Origin: Macrostomum lignano | Lineage: Eukaryota | Direction of reading: 5' to 3' | Assembly: GCA_002269645.1 (NCBI GenBank) | Contig: NIVC01000104.1 | Location: forward strand, 62,001-126,000 | Length of the DNA stretch: 64,000 nucleotides | Shown here: positions 12,901 through 25,045 of the stretch, one piece after another | How positions within the stretch are numbered: the first letter of the stretch is position 1 | How the letters are laid out: each line of letters opens with the position of its first letter | Translations under genes and position numbers: made by a program | The notes under the pieces: model-generated | Seen by the model: the letters and a program-made list of their open reading frames with translations, nothing else | Databases searched by the model: none | What the model was told of the DNA's origin: nothing

Positions 12901-14720
12901 AATCTGTTTAGTTCTAGCAGGTATATCGATCATTATGGCGAGTTGACTGTGCAAGTGAGTAAGCTAAGCTCCTGTAAAATTATTGGCTAGGCAGTGACTG
13001 AGCACTGCTCAAATGAGTGACTGAGCACTGCTCAAATGAGTGACTAAGCACTGCTCAAATGAGTGACTAATCACTGCTCAAATGAGTGACTAATCACTGC
13101 TCAAATGAGTGACTAATCACTGCTCAAATGAGTGACTAAGCACTGCTCAAATGAGTGACTGAGCTCTGCTCAAATGAGTGACTGAGCTCTGCTCAAATGA
13201 GTGACTAAGCACTGCTCAAATGAGTGACTAAGCACTGCTCAAATGAGTGACTAAGCACTGCTCAAATGAGTGACTGAGCACTGCTCAAATGAGTGACTAA
13301 TCACTGCTCAAATGAGTGACTAAGCACTGCTCAAATGAGTGACTAAGCACTGCTCAAATGAGTGACTAAGCACTGCTCAAATGAGTGACTAAGCACTGCT
13401 CAAATGAGTGACTAATCACTGCTCAAATGAGTAACTAAGCACTGCTCAAATGAGTGACTAAGCACTGCTCAAATGAGTGACTAAGCACTGCTCAAATGAG
13501 TGACTAAGCACTGCTCAAATGAGTGACTAAGCACTGCTCAAATGAGTGACTAAGCACTGCTCAAATGAGTGACTCATCGCAACTAAGAACACTGGCACAC
13601 ATTTTTCAGGGCCCAGTTCAGGGCAGTCAGGCTCGGCTAACTTTTCACAAAGGCGGCTCAATATCTGGCGTCTGTCGGACGGGCAGCAATGGCCCAGAGA
13701 CGGCCGTGTTCGGTCGCTGGAACGAGAGCCTGTTCGCCGGTCGGGAGCACACGGCGCGCTGCGTTTGGCGCTCCGGCGCCCTGCCGCCGCACAGTGCTTC
13801 GTACTATGGCTTTACTAGATTCGCCATCGAGCTAAACGAATTGCAGGACTGCCTTGTCAGCGTGCTGCCAGTAACCGATACTCGGTTTAGGTGAGAATTT
13901 CTATGCAAAAATCTGGGCTGTTTTTTGTTTACGATACATATCGGGTGAATTTTATCCTTGTTTTTTAGGCTGTTTTTATTATTTTCGATACATATCGGGT
14001 CGATTTTATCATAGTGCTTTCTTTAGGCTGTTTTAATTATTTTCGATACATATCGGGCCAATTTTATCATAGTGCTTTCTTAAGGCTGTTTTTTTTTATT
14101 TTCGATACATATCGGGTCAGTTTTATCCTAGTGTTTTCTGTAGGCTGTTTTAATTATTTTCGATACATATCGGGTCAGTTTTATCCTAGTGTTTTCTGTA
14201 GGCTGTTTTAATTGTTTTCGATACATATCGGGCCAATTTTATCATGGTGTTTTCTTTAGGCTGTTTTTTATTATTTTCGATACATATCGGGTTAATTTTA
14301 TTCAGTGTTTTCTATAAGCCATTTTAATTGTTTTTGATACATTTCGGATCTAATTTATTAATTTTGTCTAGACTATTTTATTTTTTCGATTCATATCGGG
14401 TCCGAGCTGTTTTAAATTCATATCATATCTGAGATAGCTAGTTAGTATTCAATTTTTCAAATTTCGATACATATCGTCTGCGCCCATCTGCCCATGATAT
14501 ACGCAGGCCGGACCAGCGCCTGCTAGAGGTTGGCGATCTGGACAACGCTGAGGCTCAAAAATTGCGCCTAGAAAACAAGCAGCGCTCGCGTCAAACGCCA
14601 GTCCAGCCGCGCTGGTTTCGCCAGCTCTCATCCGACAAATCGTGGGAATTCCGACGCGAGTACTGGTCAGCCAGGGAGTCTAAATTTGCTGGCATTGATC
14701 TGCCGGATCTGTTTGACTGA
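1387..14720 (+). CDS. OSBPL6: Oxysterol-binding protein-related protein, ORP3/6/7 subfamily (PH-FFAT-ORD); 5'-partial, upstream exons outside the window. Exons: 1387-1764, 6174-6424, 7128-7310, 9346-10050, 11391-11924, 12712-12954, 13610-13890, 14507-14720
   Basis: The spliced frame is continuous through 7 GT-AG introns. It encodes the C-terminal half of a PH domain ([10 protein letters not shown]...[15 protein letters not shown]), SSNPNL, an FFAT-like EYHDAAE, and ORD motifs [27 protein letters not shown], the EQ|VSHHPP fingerprint and TDTRFR|PDQRLLE. It stops at TGA 14718-14720. The symbol stands for the OSBPL3/6/7 co-orthologous group. Exon 7128-7310 is the least certain (weak donor, NAGNAG acceptor). 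Confidence 0.92.
1950..3630. repeat. GA-rich minisatellite, 22-24-bp unit GAGATAGACATGAGAGGATAGA
   Basis: Direct tandem periodicity; explains the SLSILSCL-type ORFs. Confidence 0.95.
3922..3976. repeat. (CT)n microsatellite
   Basis: Direct. Confidence 0.95.
4462..5200. repeat. Minisatellite, 24-bp unit GCAGATGATGGAGACTGGGATGTT with 28-bp variants
   Basis: Direct tandem periodicity. Confidence 0.92.
6530..6965. repeat. Tandem repeat, 62-bp unit, about 7 copies
   Basis: GATAATACCGTATCC recurs at 6541, 6603 and onward. Confidence 0.92.
7665..8410. repeat. Minisatellite, 22-bp unit GATACAGACAGRGGRCAGAAAT
   Basis: Direct tandem periodicity. Confidence 0.92.
9020..9212. repeat. Minisatellite, about 32-bp unit TATGGCGCTAAATTGGCGCTACAATCTTGTCG
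   Basis: Direct tandem periodicity. Confidence 0.85.
10160..11270. repeat. Minisatellite, 24-bp unit GGGGAATTCTCAAGAAGCTGATGA
   Basis: Direct tandem periodicity. Confidence 0.92.
11960..12600. repeat. GT-rich minisatellite, 35-bp unit
   Basis: GTGGGTGGGTTGTGAGTGGGATTGTGGGTGGGTTT periodicity. Confidence 0.9.
12990..13575. repeat. Minisatellite, 23-bp unit GCACTGCTCAAATGAGTGACTAA
   Basis: Direct tandem periodicity. Confidence 0.95.
13920..14410. repeat. Degenerate tandem repeat, about 60-bp unit (TTTTCGATACATATCGGG...)
   Basis: CGATACATATCGGG recurs about every 60 bp. Confidence 0.85.
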
Positions 14721-14842
14721 ACTCTTGTTTACTAGTCTTTGTTGGACTGTTCAGTGTGTAACACTGCGGACTTTTTCTCTGCTCCATTTTTTCCTGATAG
14801 CTTTAGCTTAGAGCGCGAGAATCTTGCTCTTTCTGAGAATTG

Positions 14843-16625
14843 CTCCTGATCCTCAGTGAAGAATCGCCCCTGATCCTCAGTGAAGAATCGCCCCTGATCC
14901 TCAGTGAAGAATCGCCCCTGATCCTCAGTGAAGAATTGCCCCTGATCCTCAGTGAAGAATCGCTCCTGATCCTCAGTGAAGAATCGCCCCTGATCCTCAG
15001 TGAAGAATCGCCCCTGATCCTCAGTGAAGAATTGCCCCTGATCCTCAGTGAAGAATTGCCCCTGATCCTCAGTGAAGAATCGCTCCAGATCCTCAGTGAA
15101 GAATCGCCCCTGATCCTCAGTGAAGAATCGCCCCTGATCCTCAGTGAAGAATCGCCCCTGATACTCAGTGAAGAATCGCCCCTGATCCTCAGTAAAGAAT
15201 CGCCCCTGATCCTCAGTGAAGAATCGCCCCTGATCCTCAGTAAAGAATCGCCCCTGATCCTCAGTGAAGAATCGCCCCTGATTCTCAGTGAAGAATCGCC
15301 CCTGATCCTCAGTGAAGAATCGCCCCTGATTCTCAGTAAAGAATCGCCCCTGATCCTCAGTGAAGAATCGCCCCTGATCCTCAGTGAAGAATCGCCCCTG
15401 ATCCTCAGTGAAGAATCGCCCCTGATCCTCAGTGAAGAATCGCCCCTGATCCTCAGTGAAGAATCGCCCCTGATACTCAGTGAAGAATTGCCCCTGATCC
15501 TCAGTGAAGAATCGCCCCTGATCCTCAGTGAAGAATTGCCCCTGATTCTCAGTGAAGAATCGCTCCAGATCCTCAGTGAAGAATCGCCCCTGGTCCTCAG
15601 TGAAGAATCGCCCCTGATCCTCAGTGAAGAATCGCCCCTGATACTCAGTGAAGAATTGCCCCTGATCCTCAGTGAAGAATCGCCCCTGATTCTCAGTGAA
15701 GAATCGCCCCTGATCCTCAGTGAAGAATCGCCCCTGATCCTCAGTGAAGAATCGCCCCTGATCCTCAGTGAAGAATCGCCCCTGATCCTCAGTGAAGAAT
15801 TGCCCCTGATCCTCAGTGAAGAATCGCCCCTGATCCTCAGTGAAGAATTGCCCCTGATTCTCAGTGAAGAATCGCTCCAGATCCTCAGTGAAGAATCGCC
15901 CCTGGTCCTCAGTGAAGAATCGCCCCTGATCCTCAGTGAAGAATCGCCCCTGATACTCAGTGAAGAATTGCCCCTGATCCTCAGTGAAGAATCGCCCCTG
16001 ATTCTCAGTGAAGAATCGCCCCTGATCCTCAGTGAAGAATCGCCCCTGATCCTCAGTGAAGAATCGCCCCTGATCCTCAGTGAAGAATCGCCCCTGATCC
16101 TCAGTGAAGAATCGCCCCTGATCCTCAGTGAAGAATCGCCCCTGATCCTCAGTGAAGAATCGCCCCTGATACTCAGTGAAGAATCGCTCCAGATCCTCAG
16201 TGAAGAATCGCCCCTGATCCTCAGTGAAGAATCGCCCCTGATCCTCAGTGAAGAATCGCCCCTGATCCTCAGTGAAGAATCGCCCCTGATACTCAGTGAA
16301 AAATTGCCCCTGATCCTCAGTGAAGAATCGCCCCTGATCCTCAGTGAAGAATCGCCCCTGATCCTCAGTGAAGAATCGCCCCTGATCCTCAGTGAAGAAT
16401 CGCCCCTGATCCTCAGTGAAGAATCGCCCCTGATCCTCAGTGAAGAATCGCCCCTGATCCTCAGTGAAGAATCGCCCCTGATCCTCAGTGAAGAATCGCC
16501 CCTGATCCTCAGTGAAGAATCGCCCCTGATCCTCAGTGAAGAATCGCCCCTGATCCTCAGTGAAGAATCGCCCCTGATCCTCAGTGAAGAATCGCCCCTG
16601 ATCCTCAGTGAAGAATCGCCCCTGT
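14843..16625. repeat. Homogeneous minisatellite, 24-bp unit CCTGATCCTCAGTGAAGAATCGCC, about 74 copies
   Basis: Direct tandem periodicity; source of the 629-656 aa pseudo-ORFs. Confidence 0.97.
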
Positions 16626-17999
16626 TTCTTACCAAAGTTTCTACTAGTAATATCATTTTTTGCTTTTTTTCCAGCCCTGAATCTGAAGACATTCTGTCTC
16701 ATTTTTCCACCAATTTATTGTACATGTATTTAGAGTCGGACCCTCAAGTAATCTTACACACAGATTCTAGATTATTACTTTGTGTGCCCAGGACTTAACA
16801 AATCATTTATTTTAAAGTTTCGTTGTAAATTTGTATACTCAATTTAGTCCTTGGCTGAAATTGATGTTATGAAAAGAATAATAATATTTTATTTTCATTT
16901 GCGCCGTTTTGTATTGGATGAGTAACACAGCACTTGAATGCACTTTCAACTAACAATTTGCCTAATTAATTTGTTTTTCAGATAATCCGTTTAGACACAT
17001 AGCCAAAGCTGTTTCAGAAGCACATAGATTTTGTTAGCCTGTACTGTGTTTGTGGCACTTTTCCTAATTTATCCTGAGTACGCCTTGAAATTTTTATTTT
17101 GTTCTTTATTTTTAATTGCCTGAAATTTTTTAATCCCGCGCGTTATTTGCGTCCGCACTGAGCAGCCGGGAGTTTGCTTTAGATATGGACGCGCAGTATT
17201 TTCTATTGCACGTTTGCATGGTCGATAATATTGCTTTATAAAGAGCGTTATGTTGCCTATGTATAACCACACAAAAACGCACACGTGTTGTCGCAACCCA
17301 AATTTTAACCTCTACCTAGTCTCGCCCTCTAAAGCTGTTAATATTTATGACCTTGTAGTGTACATCTAGCTATTACATGTTCATACGCTTTCTCATTATT
17401 TATTATACAAATTGGAAATGGTTATATTAATAATTTTTATGCTTACGGATTACATGGAGTGAATGACACTGAGTTTCGTTGCTGTGTTAAAAGTATTTTA
17501 TCGAAATACAAAGTCGGTAAGAAAAAATGGAAATCCTGAAATAAATGCTTAATTCATGCATTAAGTTTGACAAGCAGGTACGCATCTCTAATCGCTTAGG
17601 TTATTTAATAATCGACGTATCCCCTTTGCCAACAAAATATCTCATTGTCTTGGCAATTAGATAATTGTATTAATAATAAGTTAGAGACTTTACCGGCATA
17701 GTTCTGCAAAAAAACAAGAATGCCAAGCCGAAGAATTTTTTAAATAAATAACTGTAGTATATATAATACACAAATAGAGAGCGTATTTAAAAAGTGTGCA
17801 TAAAATTTGTTTTATTCTAAGACAACGCAAAAACATTATTTGACTTTTATGGTTTCTAGAAAAGTTACTTGAATTAGGCACTTAACATAAAGTTTTATAG
17901 AACGCATTGTTTTGTATTGAAGATTTCTTCGTACTTGGCAGCTGATTAAAAAATAAATTACATCAAGTGTTGCATCTTTTTTAGATGTAAAGTAAGAAT

Positions 18000-20900
18000 A
18001 TGGAGAACGGTTTCTCTGATGATGAAGATGGAAAGCAGCTGTGGTAAGAATTTAAATTCCTTAGACTTAGTGTTAGTCTTAGACTAAAGGCAATTATGCT
18101 TTTTTGAAGTTTCATTCATTGTAAATTCATTTGATAACTTCTTTCTATTTCGGTTGTAAGACATTTAAAATTAGTTAAAAGTCAGACTTGGCCATTGACC
18201 TTAACAAAATACTTGCATTACAAATATAATAATCATTCAATATCAATATCATCATGAAAGTGGCAGTTTGCAAGATAATCTAAAGTTACTTAGAAAATTT
18301 TCTCTATGCCACATGGCCAATCGTCCAGTGTATATACAAACAAAAGAACAAAGGCTTAAACCAATTGTATGCCAACATGTCAAATTAAAAATGGCTTTAG
18401 ATTAGAACTTAGAAGTTATCAAGCCATAGGCCTAATTTCATTTTTTCATTTTTTAGGTGGGATTGGGATCAGGACTGGGTTTTTTTTTCCAGAGGCAAGG
18501 TGTGGGATTGCATTGTATTCCCAATTTCAAGGTCTCAGAATGCAGAGTGCATTTTTTCTTTTTTCTTTTTTTAAGACAATGCAAATAAATAAGACTTAAA
18601 AAGAAAAAAAAAAGGTTATAAGACTGCAATTAACTTTTCGATTTTAGGATGAAGTATAAAAAAATTCAGGGTGTATGTATATGTATATTCTTTTTACAAA
18701 GAATCTAGGATCAGGATTTTTTTAGGAATTAGGACCATAGTCAAAAAGATAGCCTTTTTCACAAAAAATTCCAGTGCAAAAAGAGGTTGGATATGCACCA
18801 TTCTGGTGCATTCCAGTGCAACAGCAGGCAAGGAGGAAAATCTTATGCAGTATAGCGCAAGAAAAAAATTGGCACAAATTGCACAATTTGATGCAAAACA
18901 AAAACTTCCAACAAGACAATATTTTCTCTGATAGAAAATTAGCCTATAATTTCTTTTTATTAGCACTTTTTGTTTGCTAGTGTATTGATAGATTTTTAAT
19001 TTATTTATGTTAACATTGCACTTTTTATGAAACAGATTCAAATACAAGTTTTACTAGTATTTTTTAGAAAATTACTTGTGTTGACTGTTGGGCACTATTA
19101 ATGAAAATCTTAACTTTTATTAAAGGCAAAAGCGTTAACATTAAAATGAAAAAATCTTAACTTTTTAACTCCTAATTTTGTTAAGTTACCTGAAAATTAA
19201 CTGATAATCATTAATAAGCGTTAATCCATTAAAGTTAACACAGAAAATACAGAAATCTTGCACATTTTTCCAAAAAAAATTCTGACTTCATAATGCACTG
19301 CTTTTGCTTTTCCATCTTTTTAGAAAAACATAGGTTATACAACCAATTTAAAAGTTAAAAAAACAAATAATGATATTAGTAAAAACTTATAAGTATAATA
19401 CTACTAAAAGTAAGCAAATGGTAAACAAAGTAACTTATTTATGTGAAACTTGAAAAGCTAATTAGTTAATAATAAAATATGAATATGGAAAGTTGTTTTA
19501 GTAGCATTATGAGTAGCAGGTGCAGCAGAAAGTTACAAAAGATTGGCAAAGAAGTGAATCAAAGTGATCAATGCTCACGCCCAAGCAATAAAGTTCATAA
19601 TTTTAATTCTTTATTAAAGTTCATTGGTAAGAAGTTGTTATATCTGCATGATCATTGTCATAAACAAAGAGATTAATTAGGCATTTAGGTAGATTTGAAT
19701 AAATTTGTAATGTTGTAACTTCTCATCAGACTTGTATTTTAGTTTTTTCTTTTTGTTGTTAGTCTTGACACTGTCATTGACATTAATGATGAATTTGTCA
19801 TTAACTCACAAAATAATTAACACAAATTTGTTAATCCGTTAGTTCAAAAAATCTTAATAGCAGTCCATTAATGTTAATGAAAAATCCTAACGCTTATTAT
19901 TGCTTATTAATGGATTAACGCTTATTAATAGACTGGTGTGCAACACAAAAAATTACTGAGTTTTGCATTTTTTCAAAAAGTTGCAGAACATGGTGCGAGT
20001 AAACTTTTTTGATAAGGATAGTTCTGGCGCATGGTGCAAGCAAACTTTTTTGATAGGATTCATTCCAGCTTAGGTGTGCCATGCTCCTGACTATTGATTG
20101 GGAATTGGGATTAATTTAGGATTTGGGGAATAGTTTAGATAGGATTACATTGTAATTTATAGATAAAAAATTTAATGTTAATCTTATAATTTTTATAAGG
20201 CAATGCTTATTCCTATTTCAATTTCTATAGTCCCATGTCAATAATGAGAATATTATCTACATGGTGCCATATCAAAATTGCTCTATTTATTGACATGGCC
20301 ACACTCAAATCTGTTATATGATACTTAGGAAAATGTGACCCTCTACACTATAAATTCAAGTTTATGCTAGAAAAACAAATTTATTTAATGGTAGATATTA
20401 TCAAAAAGGTGTTGTGATAATAAAATGCCTTCTTTGAATCTTTGTATTGCAACAATGAAGGACCTTTTTGCATTGCAACAATACACAACTATAAAACCCT
20501 TTCTTGGATTACAAAATGTTGGTCTTGTGTATGCCATGCACTGGCTCTGTAGCACATTTTTTTGGCAGATAGTTTTGTATGCTGGATACTTTATACTAAA
20601 GGTCAAACAATATTGAATTTTTAAGATTTGAATTTTTTTGACAATATGATATGAGATCCAATCAATATATTGAGATATTTAGTTAAAAAATTGAAGCTAT
20701 AAGTGAAAGTTGCAGTTCTATTTGTGTAACTTTTTATATATTTTAAAAACAAAAGTAAACTTAGTGCACTTTTTTAACATCACAACCATTAATTCTTAAA
20801 AACATGGAAATTTTTTGAGTATATCATTTTTCTGAACACTTGGCTGCATCCCTTAATATGGGTAACACTATAATGAGTTGATTTTTTGGCACTAATTTGA

Positions 20901-23900
20901 TACATTTTGAATTCAATGTGTTTATATTGATGTCTAGACTCTAGGTTATCTATGCTATATTCAGAAGATTGTTATTCAACCCATGGCATTTTATTTTACT
21001 TTATTTTATATCTCAGATTCTTGGCACTTTTAAAATCAAGATTTGATCAAGAAAAATGTTAAAATCTTGAATATCTATTGCAAGATTGAGATCTTGTCCA
21101 ACTTCTACTTTATCCCAACCATTTTTTCATGGCCATTGTCTACTATATATGTAAGATTTGGGAGTGGGGTGACATAGAAACTATATTGTCAATAACCCCT
21201 CTGGATCCCATCCTTTTGTCTATTTTAGGATCAAGATTGGGATCTCATTTTACATCTTGACCTCTATAATTTAGTTAGATCATAGTTGGCTGCAGCTTAT
21301 ACAAGCATATATTGAAATGAAAATTATAGTTTTTTGATTCTACACATTTTGCTTACTGTTGGGAGTCAGATATTCCTTATTCATCATTTCATTTCAATAA
21401 AAAAGTATTGTTTTAATATATGCTTCATACATATAGTAAATGTTTAAAATAAAACACTCATGAAACTAGTTTAATTTTTTTACAAGCATATTGTGCAAAA
21501 TTCTTACAAAAATTATTAGATGAGATGAAGGCTAAATATATTAAAATCAATCTGTCCACTCTTGGAGAAAAGTCTCTTTAAGGTATGAAATATATTATTG
21601 TTATATTTCTACATTCCTAAATATGAATCAATTCGTTGTTTAAAAATTTCAACAATGAATTAAAATTGACAGGTAATTAATAATTGTTAGAATTGTCGGA
21701 ACATCAAACTATCATAAATTAGCTAAGTTTTAGTTTGAACAAAATTCTATAAGCACCGCACTCTCCGCAATGGCACAGGTCGAAAATTCTCGAAGAGGTT
21801 CAAACCAACGCCCAGCTGAAACAGTCTGGCCAGCGATGCAGCCTGCTCATGCTTGGCGACATTGGCAGTGGCAAGACCGCATTGGTCAGCCGGCTACGCG
21901 GAGGGGACGATAATCCCAGGCGAGGTCACGGGCTCGAGTACCACTGCTTGGAAGTGTCGGCCGCGGACACCTCTGGTGCCGGGAGCGTCGGCGGTGTCGG
22001 CGGCGTCTCTATTGAAGGCGATACCCGGCTTGGCGTGTGGGTCCTGGACGGCGATCCGCGGCATCAGAATTTGCTGCGCTTTGCCCTGCCCAAGGCCGCT
22101 TATCAGCATACTCTGGCTGTGCTGGTTGGCAGCGCTGAGGCGCCTTGGGCTCTGCTGGACTCACTGCAACAGTGGGCCGATATACTTAATAGGTTAGCTT
22201 TGGCTGTCCTGATAGTAGCTCTTACCACACCCCAACAATCGCCCATCCCACACCCCAACAATCGCCCATCCCACACCCCAACAATCGCCCATCCCACACC
22301 CCAACAATCGCCCATCCCACACCCCAACAATCGCCTATCCCACACCCCAACAATCGCCCATCCCACACCCCAACAATCGCCCATCCCACACCCCAACAAT
22401 CGCCCATCCCACACCCCAACAATCGCCCATCCCACACCCCAACAATCGCCCATCCCACACCCCAACAATCGCCCATCCCACACCCCAACAATCGCCTATC
22501 CCACACCCCAACAATCGCCTATCCCACACCCCAACAATCGCCCATCCCACACCCCAACAATCGCCCATCCCACACCCCAACAATCGCCCCAAGAAAGGCC
22601 ATACAACCGCCCGGGTTTCCATTCCCCCCGCAGACACGTGGATCGGCTCGGCCTGGACCCAGACGAGGTCAAAGAGGCTCGCGAATCTCTCGTCCGTCAA
22701 TTCGTCGACTACGCCGAGCCGGAAGTTGAAGGCGTCGACGGTGCCGGTAACGCGACGTCGCCGGTAGCGGCCCCGACTCCGCCCCAGCCGCTGGTTGTCG
22801 ATGCCGGTCACCTCCGGCGTCCCGGCGCCGCGGCTGCCAACCCGCTGCACCCTCCAGCAGACCCCGACAAGGTGGCCCTGCCGCTGCCAGACGGCGTGTT
22901 CACCTGCAACTCCGGCGTTCCTTTAGTGGTGGTGATCACTAAGGCCGACCTTATGGCGGGCAGTCTGGAACGCGATTTCGACTATAAAGAGGAACAATTT
23001 GATTATTTGCAGTACCACCTGCGAATGTTCTGCTTGAAGTGTGAGTTTATTTGGCTTTGGTAGTCTGTTATTAGGTTATCATGATTTCTAATAATGCCTA
23101 AAAATCGATCACTGATCCCCTAGAATATCTATCATGATCACAAAATATTGATCTCTGATCCCCTTAGATCCCAAAATATTGATCTCTGATCCCCTTAGAT
23201 CCCAAAATATTTATCTCTGATCCCCTTAGATCCCAAAATATTGATCTCTGATCCCCTTAGATCCCAAAATATTGATCTCTGATCCTCTTAGATCCCAAAA
23301 TATTGATCTCTGATCCCCTTAGATCCCAAAATATTGATCTCTGATCCCCTTAGATCCCAAAATATTGATCTCTGATCCTCTTAGATCCCAAAATATTGAT
23401 CTCTTATCCTCTTAGATCCCAAAATATTGATCTCTGATCCTCTTAGATCCCAAAATATTGATCTCTGATCCCCTTAGATCCCAAAATATTGATCTCTGAT
23501 CCTCTTAGATCCCAAAATATTGATCTCTGATCCCCTTAGATCCCAAAATATTGATCTCTGATCCCCTTAGATCCCAAAATATTGATCTCTGATCCCCTTA
23601 GATCCCAAAATATTGATCTCTGATCCCCTTAGATCCCAAAATATTGATCTCTGATCCCCTTAGATCCCAAAATATCGAACACAATCCCCTAAGATCCCAA
23701 AATAGCGACCAGTGATCCTATAGATCCCCAAAACTACCAGTGATCCCAATGATCAAACCAATCAAAATGACAAAACCCACACCAGACGGAGCCGCCCTGG
23801 TCTACACATCGGCTCGCGAGGATCGCAACTGCTCCCTGCTTCGGCAGTACCTGCTGCACCGCGTCTACGGCCTGCCCTGCCAGCAGCCCGCCTACGTGCT

Positions 23901-24465
23901 GGAGCGGGACTGCGTGTTCGTCCCGGCCGGCTGGGACAGCCCGGCCAAAGCCGCCCTGCTGCTCGCAGGCGGTCCGGCCGCCGCTCTGGCCCAGTCGCCT
24001 TATCACGAAGTGCTGCCGAAGCCAAGCGGCTCCGGTGCCGCCGCTAATTTGGCTGGCGCCGCTGCTGCCACTTCCGGCCAACGTCGAGGCGGCGGCGTTG
24101 GCGGTGGCGCTTCCGCTGATGAAGCTGAGCAGCTGGCCGAGGATGAGCAGGTGTTCCTGTGTCGACTGCAGGCCTGCCTGTTGAAAGCGGCGCCAGCCGG
24201 TGGTGGTGCCGGCGCTGGCGGCGGCGGACAGCGCGGCGGCGCCGGAGCTCCCGGCGCTGGCGGCGGGCCGGGCGGAGCCTCGGCTGCCGCGGCCGCTATG
24301 GGCGCAAATGACGGCGTTTTGGCCACGTTTTTCAATTCGCTACTGACTAAGAAAGGGCCGGGCGGCCAAGGAGGTCCCGGCGGCGGCGGCCCAGGCGGCG
24401 CTGAGACGGCTAATAAACAGGCGCCTGCGGCGGCGGCGCCGTCTGGCGCGACTCAGCAGTCGTAA
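18000..24465 (+). CDS. DYNC1LI1: Cytoplasmic dynein 1 light intermediate chain, about 514 aa. Exons: 18000-18043, 21779-22192, 22634-23040, 23786-24465
   Basis: MENGFSDDEDGKQLW|SKILEEV start, P-loop GDIGSGKT, GLEYHCLEV, LGVWVLDGD, PLVVVITKAD, FDYLQYHLRMFCLK|YGAALVYTS, EDEQVFLCRLQ and the C-terminal helix DGVLATFFNSLLTKK. Exon total is 1545 nt, in frame. AATAAA at 24473. Co-ortholog of DYNC1LI1/2. Confidence 0.93.
22225..22590. repeat. Minisatellite, 23-bp unit CACACCCCAACAATCGCCCATCC, in DLIC intron 2
   Basis: Direct tandem periodicity. Confidence 0.93.
23110..23725. repeat. Minisatellite, 31-bp unit GATCCCAAAATATTGATCTCTGATCCCCTTA
   Basis: Direct tandem periodicity. Confidence 0.93.
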
Positions 24466-24624
24466 TAGAATCAATAAAGTTGGTGAATTGACTCATAATT
24501 TATAATTGACGATTTGTTTGCGTCTGGATTGGAAGATTCTGAATTTCTAAACTAAGATTTTTCTGATGCCAGATTTAAAACTTTTATTGTAGAATGTTAA
24601 AGTCAACTGTTTGCCTACGCAGTC

Positions 24625-25045
24625 AGTGTCTCTAGATGTGGCACTAAAAGTGTAAGTGTCTCTAGATGTGGCACTAAAAGTGTAAGTGTCTCTAGATGTG
24701 GCACTAAAAGTGTAAGTGTCTCTAGATGTAACACTAAAAGTGTAAGTGTCTCTAGATGTGGCACTAAAAGTGTAACTGTCTCTAGATGTGGCACTAAAAG
24801 TGGAACTGTCTCTAGATGAGGCACTAAAAGTGCAACTGTCTCTAGATGTGGCACTAAAAGTGTAACTGTCTCTAGATGTGGCATTAAAAGTGTAAGCGTC
24901 TCTAGATGTGGCATTAAAAGTGCAAATGTCTCTAGATGCGGCACTAAAAGTGTAAGCGTCTCTAGATGTGGCACTAAAAGTGTAACTGTCTCTAGATGAG
25001 GCACTAAAAGTGCAAATGTCTCTAGATGTGGCGTTAAAAGTGCAA
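24625..25045. repeat. Minisatellite, 30-bp unit GTCTCTAGATGTGGCACTAAAAGTGTAAST
   Basis: Direct tandem periodicity. Confidence 0.93.

Noticed and set aside
14732-16798. Three overlapping 629-656 aa ORFs
   Set aside because: They are translations of a stop-free 24-bp tandem repeat on both strands, with no domain or splice context.
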